64,000 bases of DNA from the NCBI GenBank assembly GCA_950097015.1, contig CATNEN010000038.1, forward strand, positions 16,244,001 through 16,308,000, in the 5' to 3' direction. The notes under the pieces were generated by a model. That model saw only the letters and a list, made by a program, of their open reading frames with translations, did not search any database and was not told where the DNA came from. Within the stretch, counting starts at the first letter, position 1, and each line of letters opens with the position of its first letter. The position numbers and the translations under genes were made by a program. This DNA is from Macrostomum hystrix. Lineage: Eukaryota; Animalia; Platyhelminthes. Shown here piece by piece: positions 52,301 to 64,000 of the stretch.

Positions 52301-55300
52301 ACGTTCTGAACATCAGTGAGCTTCATGGCAGCATCGATCCAGTGATTGGCGCACAGCTTCTTCACCTGGTCACGCCGCATCACAATGCGATACTTGGCGC
52401 TGTCCTGGTTATGCAGAATCTTCAGTTCGCCGACTCCGCGCGACTTCCACTCGCCGCTGACGAAGCGGTAGAGGGCGGCACGCTCCGTGAACAGCCGCAC
52501 ATCCGACTCCTCGCCCGTCTTCAGGTCCACCTGGGCAATAAATAAGGAATATTTATTATATAAGATCGGGACTCTGATAATAGTCACACAGAAAAAATCC
52601 CCCCACTGACCTTATCGGGCAGGTTGACAACCGGAGTAAACTCAATGGACGGTTCAAAGCTCTCCGGATGATCAGCCGAGTCGTCTTTGTCCTGAGCGGC
52701 TGTCGATGAAACTGTCACGGGTGGAGTCGCTGAAAAAGCCGACGGCGCAGCAGTAGCAGCAGCAGCGGTGGCAGCCGCGGGCGCGGATCCAGGAGCGACA
52801 GAACTTTTGCTGACTAGAGACAGGCCGGAGAAGAGTGACGGAGGCGGCTGCTGCTGCTGCTGCTGCGGCTGCAAAGGTGATGTCTTGCTAGCCCAGTTGC
52901 CAAGCAGTGACAGTTGCGGCTTTCCACCAATTGCGGCGGCCTCAGACGATGCGATGGCTGGCTGCACGTTGCCAGGCGAAGCCGTAGTGGCAGTCGGTCT
53001 GATGACAAAAGGCTGCGATGGAGTCGGCTGCGGCTTCGGCGTTGAGGAAGACTGCAGAAGCGATGGCGGCTGTTGCTGTTGCTGCAGCGGAGTCTGCTGA
53101 CGCAGCGGCGCTGGAACGACTCCGGGAACACCAAAAGCAGGCGGCGTAGGCAGAAGTCCAGGCCTAGCAGACATGGTGAAGGGAGCGGCCGGCAGCTGCT
53201 GACGCGGCGGTTGAGGCTGGATCACCGACGACTGCGGCGGCTGGCCAAACAAACTGCCACCGATGTTGAAGAAGCCGCCGTCAGCTGGCAACGACTGCTG
53301 CTGCTGTCCAAATAGTTCAGCGCCAACGTCGTCGATTTCACCTCCAGCTGCGCCAACTTCATCATCGTCGTCATCATCGAATGCGACTTCTTTAATGACG
53401 CCGGTAGGCGTTCGGCCAAGCATTAGCGTTGGAATAGCGGCACCGGCAACCTGAGCATGAGGAAGAGATACTGGCAGAGAGTGGGCATGCGGATGCTGCT
53501 GATGGCCAACGGGCGGACGAAGCGCGCCAACTTGATAAGCGGCAGCGGCCGCAGCGGCTGCGGCTGCCGAGCCCTGCAGGAAAAATTGCGGAGGCAGCTG
53601 TGGCTGGGGTGGTAAACTGTGAAACTGCTGCTGTTGTTGCTGCTGCTGCTGCTGTTGCTGAATCTTCATTTCGGAATAGAAGCGCTCGAGCTGCTCAATC
53701 TTGTTAGCATCCTGCCTCTGCTGGCTGAGAATGCGAATCAGGTCCTGGTTAGTGTTCATGAGCTGTTTGTTCTGCTCCATCAGCTGACGATTCTGTTCCA
53801 TCAATTGGCTAACCACTTTATCGTTGGCTGCGCTAATTGAACGAACAACGGAATCTACGCGATCCGGCGTGATAACGCGACTCTGGTAGGCTGAACGATG
53901 AAGTTGAGCTGGCGTGAACGGGGTGGACAGCTGCGGAATGCTTGGCTGGTGCTGCTGTTGCTGACAAGTCAGGCCGTTAGTCAGCATTGACTGGTTGGCT
54001 GGGGCGATGGCTACTTCTAGCCGATCTTCAACCTCCTCCAATGAGGCGCAAATGTCAGCATAGAGCGGATGAGCCGGACTATTCCAGGTGCGGTCCAGGG
54101 CTTCGCGCAGCTTGTCGCGCGATTTTACTAGCAGGGCGCGACGATCAGCGGCGGTCGCTGCGGTCTGATCGGCTGTGGGTTTTAATTACAGGAAAGGTCT
54201 AAATCTAAAAAAAAGTTAATAAGGAAGGTCGAGAGTTCGATTCTTAGCGACCTACGAGTCGTGAATCAGACGCTCTAACCGCAGGGCTAGAAACCTTTCT
54301 GTGAATTGCACAGAAAATTCGGGTGGTGTGTGACGGCCCTAGTCCATGGACTGGGTAGCCAGAGTGGCTAGGGTATCATTTCTTTCTATCTCTAAAGACA
54401 GGGTACTCACAAGAGCTGAGCAGTAGTTTGCCAGCATTGTAGGCGCCATCGGCCGTCCGCATCTCTGAGTAGAGCTCCAAAGCGGTTTCCACATCGCCAG
54501 AATTAGCAGCGGCTGCGGCTCTGAATGCCAAGCCTCTGGATAGCCAGTCGTCCAGCTCGGAGCGGGTGTAGGCAGCCAGGCCGCCGCAGCTGCCGCCCAT
54601 GTCGAACATGGCGGCTGGTCGAGAGCCACCGTTGCCGACGCCATCGGAGCGAACAATCTGCAGGACACGCTCCCACAGTCGGCCGGCCGTGGCCGCAGCA
54701 GCTTCATCGTCGGCATTAGCAGCAGCCGAGCCAGAATCGGCTAGAACGTCGGCTGACCAGAATTCGGCAAGGCGGGCCAGCAGCCTCAACGGCATCAGGC
54801 AGCAGCGCAGAGCCTCCAAGCCAAGGGTGAGGCAGCGCCGCTGACGGGCGTCCAAGGAAGACGCCGAGCCGGTCGACATACTAACTGCGGCTCGCCAGAA
54901 GGCGACGCAATCGTCGTAGCCGGACCAGCGTCGACCCCAGGGCAGCATTGGCGGCATCGGGATGACCTGCTGCTGCGGCTTGTCGTTGTTGTCCTGAGAT
55001 AAAATACAGACAGCTGACAGGAATAGGCGAATATCGGCTCGGCTGAGGGACTCCGGGCTGGCGTTATTGGAGTCGTCATCGCTCGCATAGTCGCGCAGAC
55101 GCGGAAAAGCGGCCAGAACCAGCGAACGAATGCCCAACGGGGAGCGCCAGTGATCCAGGCACCAGGCCAGCTGGTTCAGATCGCGCCAGTTGCCGCCAGC
55201 TGAACAACCGTCGGCATCCAGACGGAGCTGCTGGTCGCGGCCAGGCGCCGAAAGTGACACAGACCGGTGCAGCGGAGAATCAGATAGGCGAGATCTAGAA

Positions 55301-56541
55301 GCCGCGTCGGCAAGCTTAGCATCCGAATATACTAGATCGGCGATTCCGCTGCGACGAGCCGACGAAGACTCCGCGAAGTGGGCGATGGATTCTGCTACAG
55401 ACGATGATGACGTCATGGCTGTAACCATGTGGCCGACAATGCTGCGTCGCAGTGCCGAATAGTCGGGCAGCGATATGCCGGCACCGGTGCCACTCGAATC
55501 GCTAACTGTGGCAGTGCCGGTGAATGCCGCTTGCATCAGGTAAATTAGCGGCTGTCTGGTTGACTCGGCTGCCAGCAGGCGCACAGTGGCCCGCTTGCAC
55601 AATAGAAAGCCAGACAGGGCAAACAGTTCAGCGTCCATATCGGCAGAGAATGCATCGCCAACTAATCCGTACAATTGCTGCAGCATGGAGTCCAGCTTGG
55701 CTATCTGGTTAGCCAGTTCCGTCACTGTCGCACCAGAGGCGAAGCTGAGCCAGATTAGCCTGCGCTGACAGTGCAGCCGTTGTTTAGCAAGCTTCACAGC
55801 GTCCGTAGCAACCGTTGCGGAGCCGACGCTGCTAGCGGACTCGCCAACTCGGGCAATATCAGCCAACAGACTGGAACAGCGGCGATACCAGTCGATGGAA
55901 TCGTAGTGCAAGCCGGCAGCTTCAGCGTCTAGACAGCACCTGAAGGCTTCGTTAAGGCGGCCGAGCTTGGCCAGCTGGTCGATTAGGCGAATCCGGCGAT
56001 CGGCTTCGCGAGGCGCCTTCGCCACTTCGGCAGTTAGAAGATCGACAGCGGCGGAGGCTGCAGCAGCTCCACCATCGGCAGTAGTTGTAGAAGCTGCCGC
56101 AGTTGCAGCCAGCAGTCTAGCCTTCAGCGATAGAACAGCCGGACTGCTGGGAAAGCTAGCCTCAGCCTGTTCTAGCCACATCCTTGCCGATTCAAGATCC
56201 GCTAGGCAACCAGCGGCAGCCTGGCGAGTCAGGACGGAGCAGACGGAGATCAGCAGGGACTTCTGGCCCCGATCCAGCTCATAAGCTTGCCTATAGGCGG
56301 ACAGAGCGGCCGAGTCGTCTTTCATCGCTTCGGCAATTTGACCGCGAAGTGTGTGAGCAGGGGCAAAGTCCAGATTGGCCTTCATATAGAAGTCCAGGTG
56401 TTGCTTAGCAGATTGGTAATCTTTAACATCGTAGTAGAGCTTGGCAAATTGAAAGCCGCGCGACTGTTGCTCCCTGGGATCTTTGGATCGGCTCAGTATG
56501 CTGGCCACCTGTTTGTCAACCTGTTGCTTAGTCCGAAACAT
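49369..56541 (-). CDS. RANBP2: RanBP2/Nup358 nucleoporin; exons 56541-54411, 54172-52611, 52530-51346, 51225-49369 (about 2240 aa)
   Basis: N-terminal MFRTKQQVDKQV..GFQFAKLYY TPR-like domain, coiled-coil segment, three RanBD domains (WKxRGxG, VMRRDQVxKLCxNH), two RanBP2 zinc fingers (WSCPTCAVQN...CPCC), FG repeats, and an IR-like motif VVFVAYDPPVSEEQIRRARQLKLPDNFY. The 3' end could splice to a further exon. Confidence 0.9.
54228..54290 (-). mobile_element. SINE family B tRNA-like head fragment in RanBP2 intron 1
   Basis: Reverse complement TAGCCCTGCGGTTAGAGCGTCTGATTCACGACTCGTAGGTCG resembles the head at 63586. Confidence 0.55.
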
Positions 56542-56699
56542 GCCGACACCGGTTTGGACTTGTCTTGTGTGAACCAATTTAAAATTCGATTTAGATTAGC
56601 AGTAGTTTAGCTGAAATGGGGCACAAAATTAGATGAGAATTTTAGCGATCTGCGTCACTACGAATTGCAGGGAGGATTCGAGTCTAGGCTGTAGCCACA

Positions 56700-58645
56700 T
56701 AAGCACTGCAGCCACATGGACTAAAGAGACTAGGGTGTGTTCTCTGAGCATAGATTTGAGCACTGCAGCCACATGGACTCAAGAGACTAGGGTGTGTTTT
56801 TTGAGCATAGATTTCAGCACTGCAGCCACATGGACTCAAGAGACTAGGGTGTGTTTTTTGAGCATAGATTTCAGCACTGCAGCCACATGGACTCAAGAGA
56901 CTAGGGTGTGTTCTCTGAGCATAGATTTGAGCACTGCAGCCACATGGACTCAAGAGACTAGGGTGTGTTTTTTGAGCATAGATTTCAGCACTGCAGCCAC
57001 ATGGACTCAAGAGACTAGGGTGTGTTCTCTGAGCATAGATTTGAGCACTGCAGCCACATGGACTCAAGAGACTAGGGTGTGTTTTTTGAGCATAGATTTC
57101 AGCACTGCAGCCACATGGACTCAAGAGACTAGGGTGTGTTCTCTGAGCATAGATTTCAGCACTGCAGCCACATGGACTCAAGAGACTAGGGTGTGTTCTC
57201 TGAGCATAGATTTCAGCACTGCAGCCACATGGACTCAAGAGACTAGGGTGTGTTTTTTGAGCATAGATTTCAGCACTGCAGCCACATGGACTCAAGAGAC
57301 TAGGGTGTGTTCTCTGAGCATAGATTTCAGCACTGCAGCAACATGGACTCAAGAGACTAGGGTGTGTTTTTTGAGCATAGATTTCAGCACTGCAGCCACA
57401 TGGACTCAAGAGACTAGGGTGTGTTCTCTGAGCATAGATTTGAGCACTGCAGCCACATGGACTCAAGAGACTAGGGTGTGTTTTTTGAGCATAGATTTCA
57501 GCACTGCAGCCACATGGACTCAAGAGACTAGGGTGTGTTTTTTGAGCATAGATTTGAGCACTGCAGCCACATGGACTAAAGAGACTAGGGTGTGTTCTCT
57601 GAGCATAGATTTGAGCACTGCAGCCACATGGACTAAAGAGACTAGGGTGTGTTTTTTGAGCATAGATTTCAGCACTGCAGCCACATGGACTCAAGAGACT
57701 AGGGTGTGTTTTTTGAGCATAGATTTGAGCACTGCAGCCACATGGACTCAAGAGACTAGGGTGTGTTTTTTGAGCATAGATTTCAGCACTGCAGCCACAT
57801 GGACTCAAGAGACTAGGGTGTGTTCTCTGAGCATAGATTTCAGCACTGCAGCCACATGGACTCAGGAGACTAGGGTGTGTTCTCTGAGCATAGATTTGAG
57901 CACTGCAGCCACATGGACTCAAGAGACTAGGGTGTGTTCTCTGAGCATAGATTTCAGCACTGCAGCCACATGGACTCAAGAGACTAGGGTGTGTTCTCTG
58001 AGCATAGATTTCAGCACTGCAGCCACATGGACTCAAGAGACTAGGGTGTGTTCTCTGAGCATAGATTTCAGCACTGCAGCCACATGGACTCAAGAGACTA
58101 GGGTGTGTTCTCTGAGCATAGATTTCAGCACTGCAGCCACATGGACTCAAGAGACTAGGGTGTGTTCTCTGAGCATAGATTTCAGCACTGCAGCCACATG
58201 GACTCAAGAGACTAGGGTGTGTTCTCTGAGCATAGATTTCAGCACTGCAGCCACATGGACTCAAGAGACTAGGGTGTGTTCTCTGAGCATAGATTTGAGC
58301 ACTGCAGCCACATGGACTCAGGAGACTAGGGTGTGTTCTCTGAGCATAGATTTGAGCACTGCAGCCACATGGACTAAAGAGACTAGGGTGTGTTCTCTGA
58401 GCATAGATTTGAGCACTGCAGCCACATGGACTCAGGAGACTAGGGTGTGTTCTCTGAGCATAGATTTGAGCACTGCAGCCACATGGACTAAAGAGACTAG
58501 GGTGTGTTCTCTGAGCATAGATTTGAGCACTGCAGCCACATGGACTAAAGAGACTAGGGTGTGTTCTCTGAGCATAGATTTGAGCACTGCAGCCACATGG
58601 ACTAAAGAGACTAGGGTGTGTTATTTGAGCATAGCCCTGAGCACA
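56700..58645 (+). repeat. 57-bp minisatellite, about 34 copies, immediately upstream of RanBP2
   Basis: Unit AGCACTGCAGCCACATGGACTCAAGAGACTAGGGTGTGTTCTCTGAGCATAGATTTC, directly visible. Confidence 0.97.
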
Positions 58646-59358
58646 GTTAAAAAATATAGAAAACAGCAAGTCAAGGCCACAATTAGAAAATACGCATTTA
58701 AAATGAAAGCCAGTATTTCAACTTTTAATTCACATGTGAATCTAACACAAAAATTGTTTTTTGCAGATCTTACGAAACAAACGAACCTAGCTAAATTCCT
58801 AAATGTATAGTTAAAAGTACGAGTTACATAAAAACTTTTTCTTAAAGCAAAGCAAAGAAACTTTGCAGAATTACAACAGCAAGAAGCCGTTAGCTATCAA
58901 GGTGATCAATATAATAGAATTAACATTATAGAAAAAAACTAAATTTTCAAAGCGAAATGGCTACATTGCTACATTAAAACAAAACAAATTATTAAACATC
59001 TAAATCTAAGCAATAGGAAATACTGTAGCGATTGTAGCTCAACTAGTCATATCTGACCAGGGTTATTATTGCGGAAAATTCTTCAAAACATCCATGGCTT
59101 CAATTACTTTACAGTTTATAGATAGAGAAATTAAAACTTGTAACTATAGGTGATAATCAAACGATCATGATTCTACGAACGCATCGATCGCCAGGCAAAA
59201 AATGCTAGAAAATATTAAAAAATTAGGTTTTAAAAATTAGCTCGTACATAACTGATTTCTCTTAAAAAATTGACGCATAGAAACAGTTATAAGAAACGAT
59301 TGCATAAAGTAAAATCTAATTTTGTCAATTTGTCAATCACATTCATACAAACATTTTG

Positions 59359-62300
59359 TCACACCTGTTTGTGCTCAGAATGCGGATGATGGCTAGACTC
59401 ATAGTCCAGGTGTACAAAGGCGCGCTCAACAAATTCTAATCGTTCCAGCTTGCACTGCAGCGATTCGCCAATATCGTGCGACTCTTTTAGACTCATCTCG
59501 GCTGGCAGGACAATGTCCACTTCGACTAGGAAATTGTTGCCTATGTGGAATGCTCGCACTGTGTCAATCTCTCTTACTAGGGGATGATGATTTAGGCACA
59601 GGTAGGTGATCTGTTTGAGAAAGTCCGGATGAGCAGTGTAGCCAGTGAGCAGACGGACCTGTTATGAGTTAGAGTACATACTCTGATAAAGTACAAAGTA
59701 ATTAGTTGAAAAATAGTTTGACTGCAGCAAACACACACAAATAAGTATGTTGCTATTGGGTGAAACAGCTATCATTATTAGTATTCTTGTAAATAGAGGG
59801 TCGGTGGCAGACCGGTTAACGCGTTTGCCTCTCGCCCCACGGTCCCTGAGTTCGATTCCGCGGCGAGGCCACATTCATTTGGAGCGCAGCCACGCAGAGA
59901 AGGCTTGGGGGCTTGTCGTGCAATTTACGCCCTTAAGGGCCGACCTCCAAGGCACAGTGAAGTGTACACTGCCTGACGATGAGAAAGTCAGTGCAGATGT
60001 ACACACCTGTGTGAGTGTGTGCCTGCGTACAGTATCTGTGTGCGTGTGTGCTCAGGAGTCAGCGAAATGGGCAGAATTGCCTCATCGCTGGCTGTGGGTC
60101 TAGTGTCACCAAATGATGTGCCATTGCCCGCAGCCCTTTTGTAATAATAATAATGATTATTTTTGTTATTATCGTTGCAAATACAAGCCATTAGCGGTGG
60201 TGGCCTGAAACGAGAGGTCATAAGTTCGAATCTTAACCAAGGAGTAAGACACTTAATTGCAGATTGAATTCACTCAATCTACGAAGACTATTAGCTGGAG
60301 TCAGTATATGGACCGAACATTTGCAAACAGGTCTTTAGATACGTATTTGAATTATGTAATGCGGCTGTTCGTTTAGCTGACCAAATAACAGTTGTGTACA
60401 AACATTAGATTGCATATCAAATATCAAATTAGATTCTCATTGAAATGCTTAGACTTGCGCTAAACTGCATTAGATTTTTTGTAACTGCATTAGATTCTTG
60501 CTGAACTTCATTAGATTCTAGCTTAACTGCATTAGATTTTTGGTGAACTGCATTTGATTCTTGTTAAATTTGAATTAGATTCTTGGTAAATGCATTTTAT
60601 TATTGTTAAAATGCATTAGATTCTTGATAAAATGCATTAGATTCTTGGTAAAATGCATTAGATTCTTGGTAAAATGCATTAGATTCTTGGTAAACTGCAT
60701 TAGATTCTTGATAAACTGCATTAGATTCTTGTTAAATTAAAGTAAACAGAACTGCCTAAATTTAAACAGACGTATTTTTTCGTATCGAACTATCCAAATT
60801 TGGTTTGATCTTATTCCATACGGTCAGTTTAAGTGCTAGTAATTATTTTCATAGTAAAATAAATAATTTTCAAACTAACCTGCTCCTTAAGCGTTTGAAC
60901 CCAGGTGTAAATAATGTAGACGCTAATGCCTAAAGCACCGATGGCGTCAAAATAGGGCCAGAGATAGCGAGATAGAACCGTCATAATCAGCACGGTGGAG
61001 TTAGAGATGCAATCATTTCTGTGGTCCTGAGCTAGCGCCTCCGTACTATTGGTTGAGCCTAGCCGGCTGCACAGAAGGTATAGAGTCAATTTGATGGCAA
61101 TCACAGAGCCGACGAGAAAGAACACATAATAGGAGAACATCTTCGATTCTGGAATGAGTTTTTAGTTTTATTAAAGTGCATAATTAGGCACTTCGCTTGG
61201 CGCTGATTACAGTGGCAGAGAGGTCGGACATTCGCACCAAAGTCCCTGATCTCGAATCCGCGTCAAGATCACAAATAACATTATTTACAGTAGAAATACC
61301 ATACGAGGTATTTCAAATACCTTTTTTTCATAATTTCGGTATCTCCTAAAAAATTCAACCAATCGTCATGAAAAGTTGGATCACGGGCAAAAATTTTCTG
61401 CTCTATAAGATAAATCAAATCTTCCAGAATTGCATCGCAAAACATCGGCATCGTCAAGATATTCAACGATTCTCGTCAGGGTGACTAGTTGCCAAGGCAT
61501 CATTTTCTGCTCACAAAATTTCATCATGGAACCATATCGGCTCAACAAACTTTTAATCAGTCGCCTTCAGAACCTTTAACAAAAGCACCCGATCGGCATG
61601 TCAAAGACGGCTGTTTTTATTGAAGGACCCGACGGTCGCCGAATAAGATGATGAAGGGGACTCTGATACCTGGGATCCTTACTATTGAACCAATATAGAT
61701 TCGCCATACATGTTTATAAAGACCAATTCAAGTTGTGCTTGTCACCAGTCTTTGAAAAGAATTGCAGAATATCTAGACGATGCTGTCGCCATACAGGTTT
61801 ATAAAGACCAATTCAAGTTGTGCTTGTCACCAGTCTTTGAAAAGAATTGCAGAATATCTAGACGATGCTGTCGCCATACAGGTTTATAAAGACCAATTCA
61901 AGTTGTGCTTGTCACAAGTCTTTGAAAAGAATCGCAGAATATCTAGACAATGCTGTCGCCATACAGGTTTATAAAGACCAATTCAAGTTGTGCTTGTCAC
62001 CAGTCTTTGACAAGAATTGCAGAATATCTAGACGATGCTGTCGCCATACAGGTTTATAAAGACCAATTCAAGTTGTGCTTGTCACCAGTCTTTGAAAAGA
62101 ATTGCAGAATATCTAGACGATGCTGTCGCCATACAGGTTTATAAAGACCAATTCAAGTTGTGCTTGTCACCAGTCTTTGAAAAGAATCGCAGAATATCTA
62201 GACAATGCTGAAAGTTTGCTAATCGTTAAGGGCCGAAAATTTTGATCTAAATGGTGGACTTTCACGGAAATCGGTAATTCGGTTTCGGAGCTATCGTGAA

Positions 62301-63310
62301 GTAGGCAGTGGGTATTGGAAATGCCCCCGTGATCTTTCTAATGATAATGATAGGCGCTAACCTTCAGTTTCGTCGTTAAAGTAGTACATCGAGGAGAAAT
62401 TCTCGCTGCCGCTGCACCAGACACAGCAGCTGCTCAGAATGCTGGAGGCGTTAAAACTAGGCGGAATCTTAGCTCTAGTTGTTGCCATGGTGATAATGCT
62501 CTCCAATGCCTTAATTATAATCTGCACAGTCGAAGTTGACATTATAACGGCGAGGATAACAATGGAGATTGGCTCCAAGCGTGTCTTGCCTTGCGGATAA
62601 TAATAAGGATTCCTAGTCTTCACCTGACGATTAGCGATCCAAACAACAACACCGCTGACCAAATCAATCATGGAATCAATCAGTGAGCTGATAACGGACA
62701 ATGAGCCAGACAGGCCGATAGCAATAGCTTTGATAATGGCCAGGGACAGGTTGACAAAGAAGCTTAACTGAGCCAATCGAATAGCACAGGCAGTTGCGTT
62801 GGTGTCCTCGTTATCTTTTAATTCGCCGTCCGACATGACAATGTCCGAATAGATTCGATCGAACTGATCAATCAGATTGTCCTGCTTTTTGTAGAATTTT
62901 CGCACCGACTTGTCCATGGCTTTGGTCTCGGCAGTTTTGCCGCGCCGGCGCTCGTTAAAGACGGCAGGCGGCAGCATCCAGGACAGGCCAGCGCTGACGC
63001 CGGCCAGGCGATCGAAATCTGGCAGCCAGGAGGCGCTGACTTTGCGCAGACTGCCCAGGCTGCGCCAACGAGGCGGGCGACGCGCGGCAACAGCGTTGGC
63101 ATTGTCGGCGTCGCCATTTTCAACAGTTTTTGGAGCGGTGGCAGCATTAGTGGAGGACAGATTCTCTGGCACGCTGGTTGATGTTGAACAGCGAGCAATA
63201 GTACTCTTAGACGGCTGCTGCTGCTGCTGCTGCTGTTTTCCTGGTTGCACAAGAGCCACTCTCACTTCAGAATCGTCTGGTGTAGTATTGCCATTTTTCT
63301 TTGCACTCAT
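59359..63310 (-). CDS. Cation diffusion facilitator, Mn-CDF / MTP8-11-like metal tolerance protein; exons 63310-62362, 61148-60880, 59658-59359 (about 505 aa)
   Basis: SGSLSVISSLIDSMIDL (TM2 DxxxD), YPQGKTRLEP, ALAQDHRND (TM5 DxxxD), and C-terminal dimerisation domain VRAFHIGNNFLVEVDIVLP..SHDIGESLQ..VERAFVHLDYE. Confidence 0.9.
59796..60118 (+). mobile_element. tRNA-derived SINE family A, near full-length (CDF intron)
   Basis: A box TGGCAGACCGG and B box GTTCGATTCC; body nearly identical to the 22311 copy. Confidence 0.85.
60460..60735 (+). repeat. About 22-bp degenerate repeat (AACTGCATTAGATTCTTGGTA)
   Basis: About 12 units visible. Confidence 0.85.
61288..62343 (+). mobile_element. TIR element family X copy with internal 85-bp tandem expansion
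   Basis: Ends CAGTAGAAATACCATACGAGGTATTTCAAATACC / GGTATTGGAAATGCCCCCGTGATCTTTCTAATG; homologous to 42686-43191. Confidence 0.7.
61701..62210 (+). repeat. 85-bp tandem repeat, 6 copies
   Basis: Unit TCGCCATACAGGTTTATAAAGACC...GAATATCTAGACGATGCTG, directly visible. Confidence 0.95.
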
Positions 63311-63585
63311 TTCAGAATCAGAATAAAAAAAGTAACTCTGAAATTGTTTAAGGTTTACATGTTAAGGGGGCAGTACTGAACATATATGTTAATGAAAATA
63401 TGTCTATAATAGATACTGTGAGAATCAAGTAACGTTAGAAATTCTGAACAAGAGGACGGTAGTTCGAATTTTGGCCCAAGGTTAAACAATTTGTGACCTT
63501 GAATGCGACACTTTTTTCCTAGAGCTTAAATTATAAAATTATAAGCTATAAAATTAGCACCACTATCAAAGCAATAATAAAACAA

Positions 63586-63865
63586 GAGGTTGTAGCCTTG
63601 TAGTTAGAGCGTCGGAATCGCGACTTAAAGGTCGGGGGTTCGATTCCCGACTCCACTGGAACAAGACAAGACAAGACACTTCCCTTTGTTTTGCTTTAGT
63701 TCACCTAGTTATTAAATGGGTACCAGCAATACTTGGGAAAACTGAAGGTGGGTGTGGCGTCCCGCCAGTCCATGGACTGAACAGCTGTACGCAGCCTTCA
63801 GATGCGCCGCGCAATAGCTGCGGCTGCGCTGTTGGCTGCACATCTGACCAAATTGGGGCAGCATT
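63586..63865 (+). mobile_element. tRNA-derived SINE family B
   Basis: A and B boxes (TAGCCTTGTAG, GGTTCGATTCC), CAAGACACTT...TAAATGGGTACCAGC core, and a 3' region nearly identical to the 48690 copy. Confidence 0.85.
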
Positions 63866-64000
63866 AGCCAGGATAGAAATTATGGTGGGTGGGTGGATAA
63901 TTTCTCTACAATTTTATATTGACTCGTCGTAAACAACGTTTCTTCAAATAAGCAACTTAAAAAATTATGGCGCACAATGTTTCAAACTGCAGTAGGAATA

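Noticed and set aside
63586-63660. tRNA genes at 63586, 59796, 22311 and 48900-48972
   Set aside because: A and B boxes are present but there is no proper acceptor stem, and each continues into a shared repeat body, so they are SINE heads.

Overview
Eukaryotic (animal) genomic DNA: GC-rich spliced exons, AT-rich introns, and roughly a quarter to a third of the window in minisatellite arrays. The style suggests a free-living flatworm such as Macrostomum; this is an inference, not verified. In order: the 3' part of an intact-looking Ty3/Gypsy LTR retrotransposon in an intron of an unidentified + strand gene, a nested antisense Q/E/R coiled-coil repeat ORF, an intronless Srsx-like rhodopsin-class GPCR, ANKUB1 (7 coding exons), an M-Ras-like GTPase (3 exons), a decayed LINE, a GT61-type glycosyltransferase with a probable GC-AG intron, an orphan type-I membrane protein behind two RFX X-box-like motifs, RanBP2/Nup358 with a very recently duplicated RanBD+zinc-finger module, and a Mn-type (DxxxD) CDF transporter. 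Also present are two tRNA-derived SINE families, three non-autonomous TIR element families and about 18 tandem arrays. The most notable observations are TIR elements apparently seeding minisatellites, a shared motif vocabulary among different arrays, the Nup358 exon duplication, and TTTCAG acceptors just upstream of several ATGs (possible SL trans-splicing or operon). No CRISPR array or convincing ribozyme was found. All exon boundaries were read by eye.
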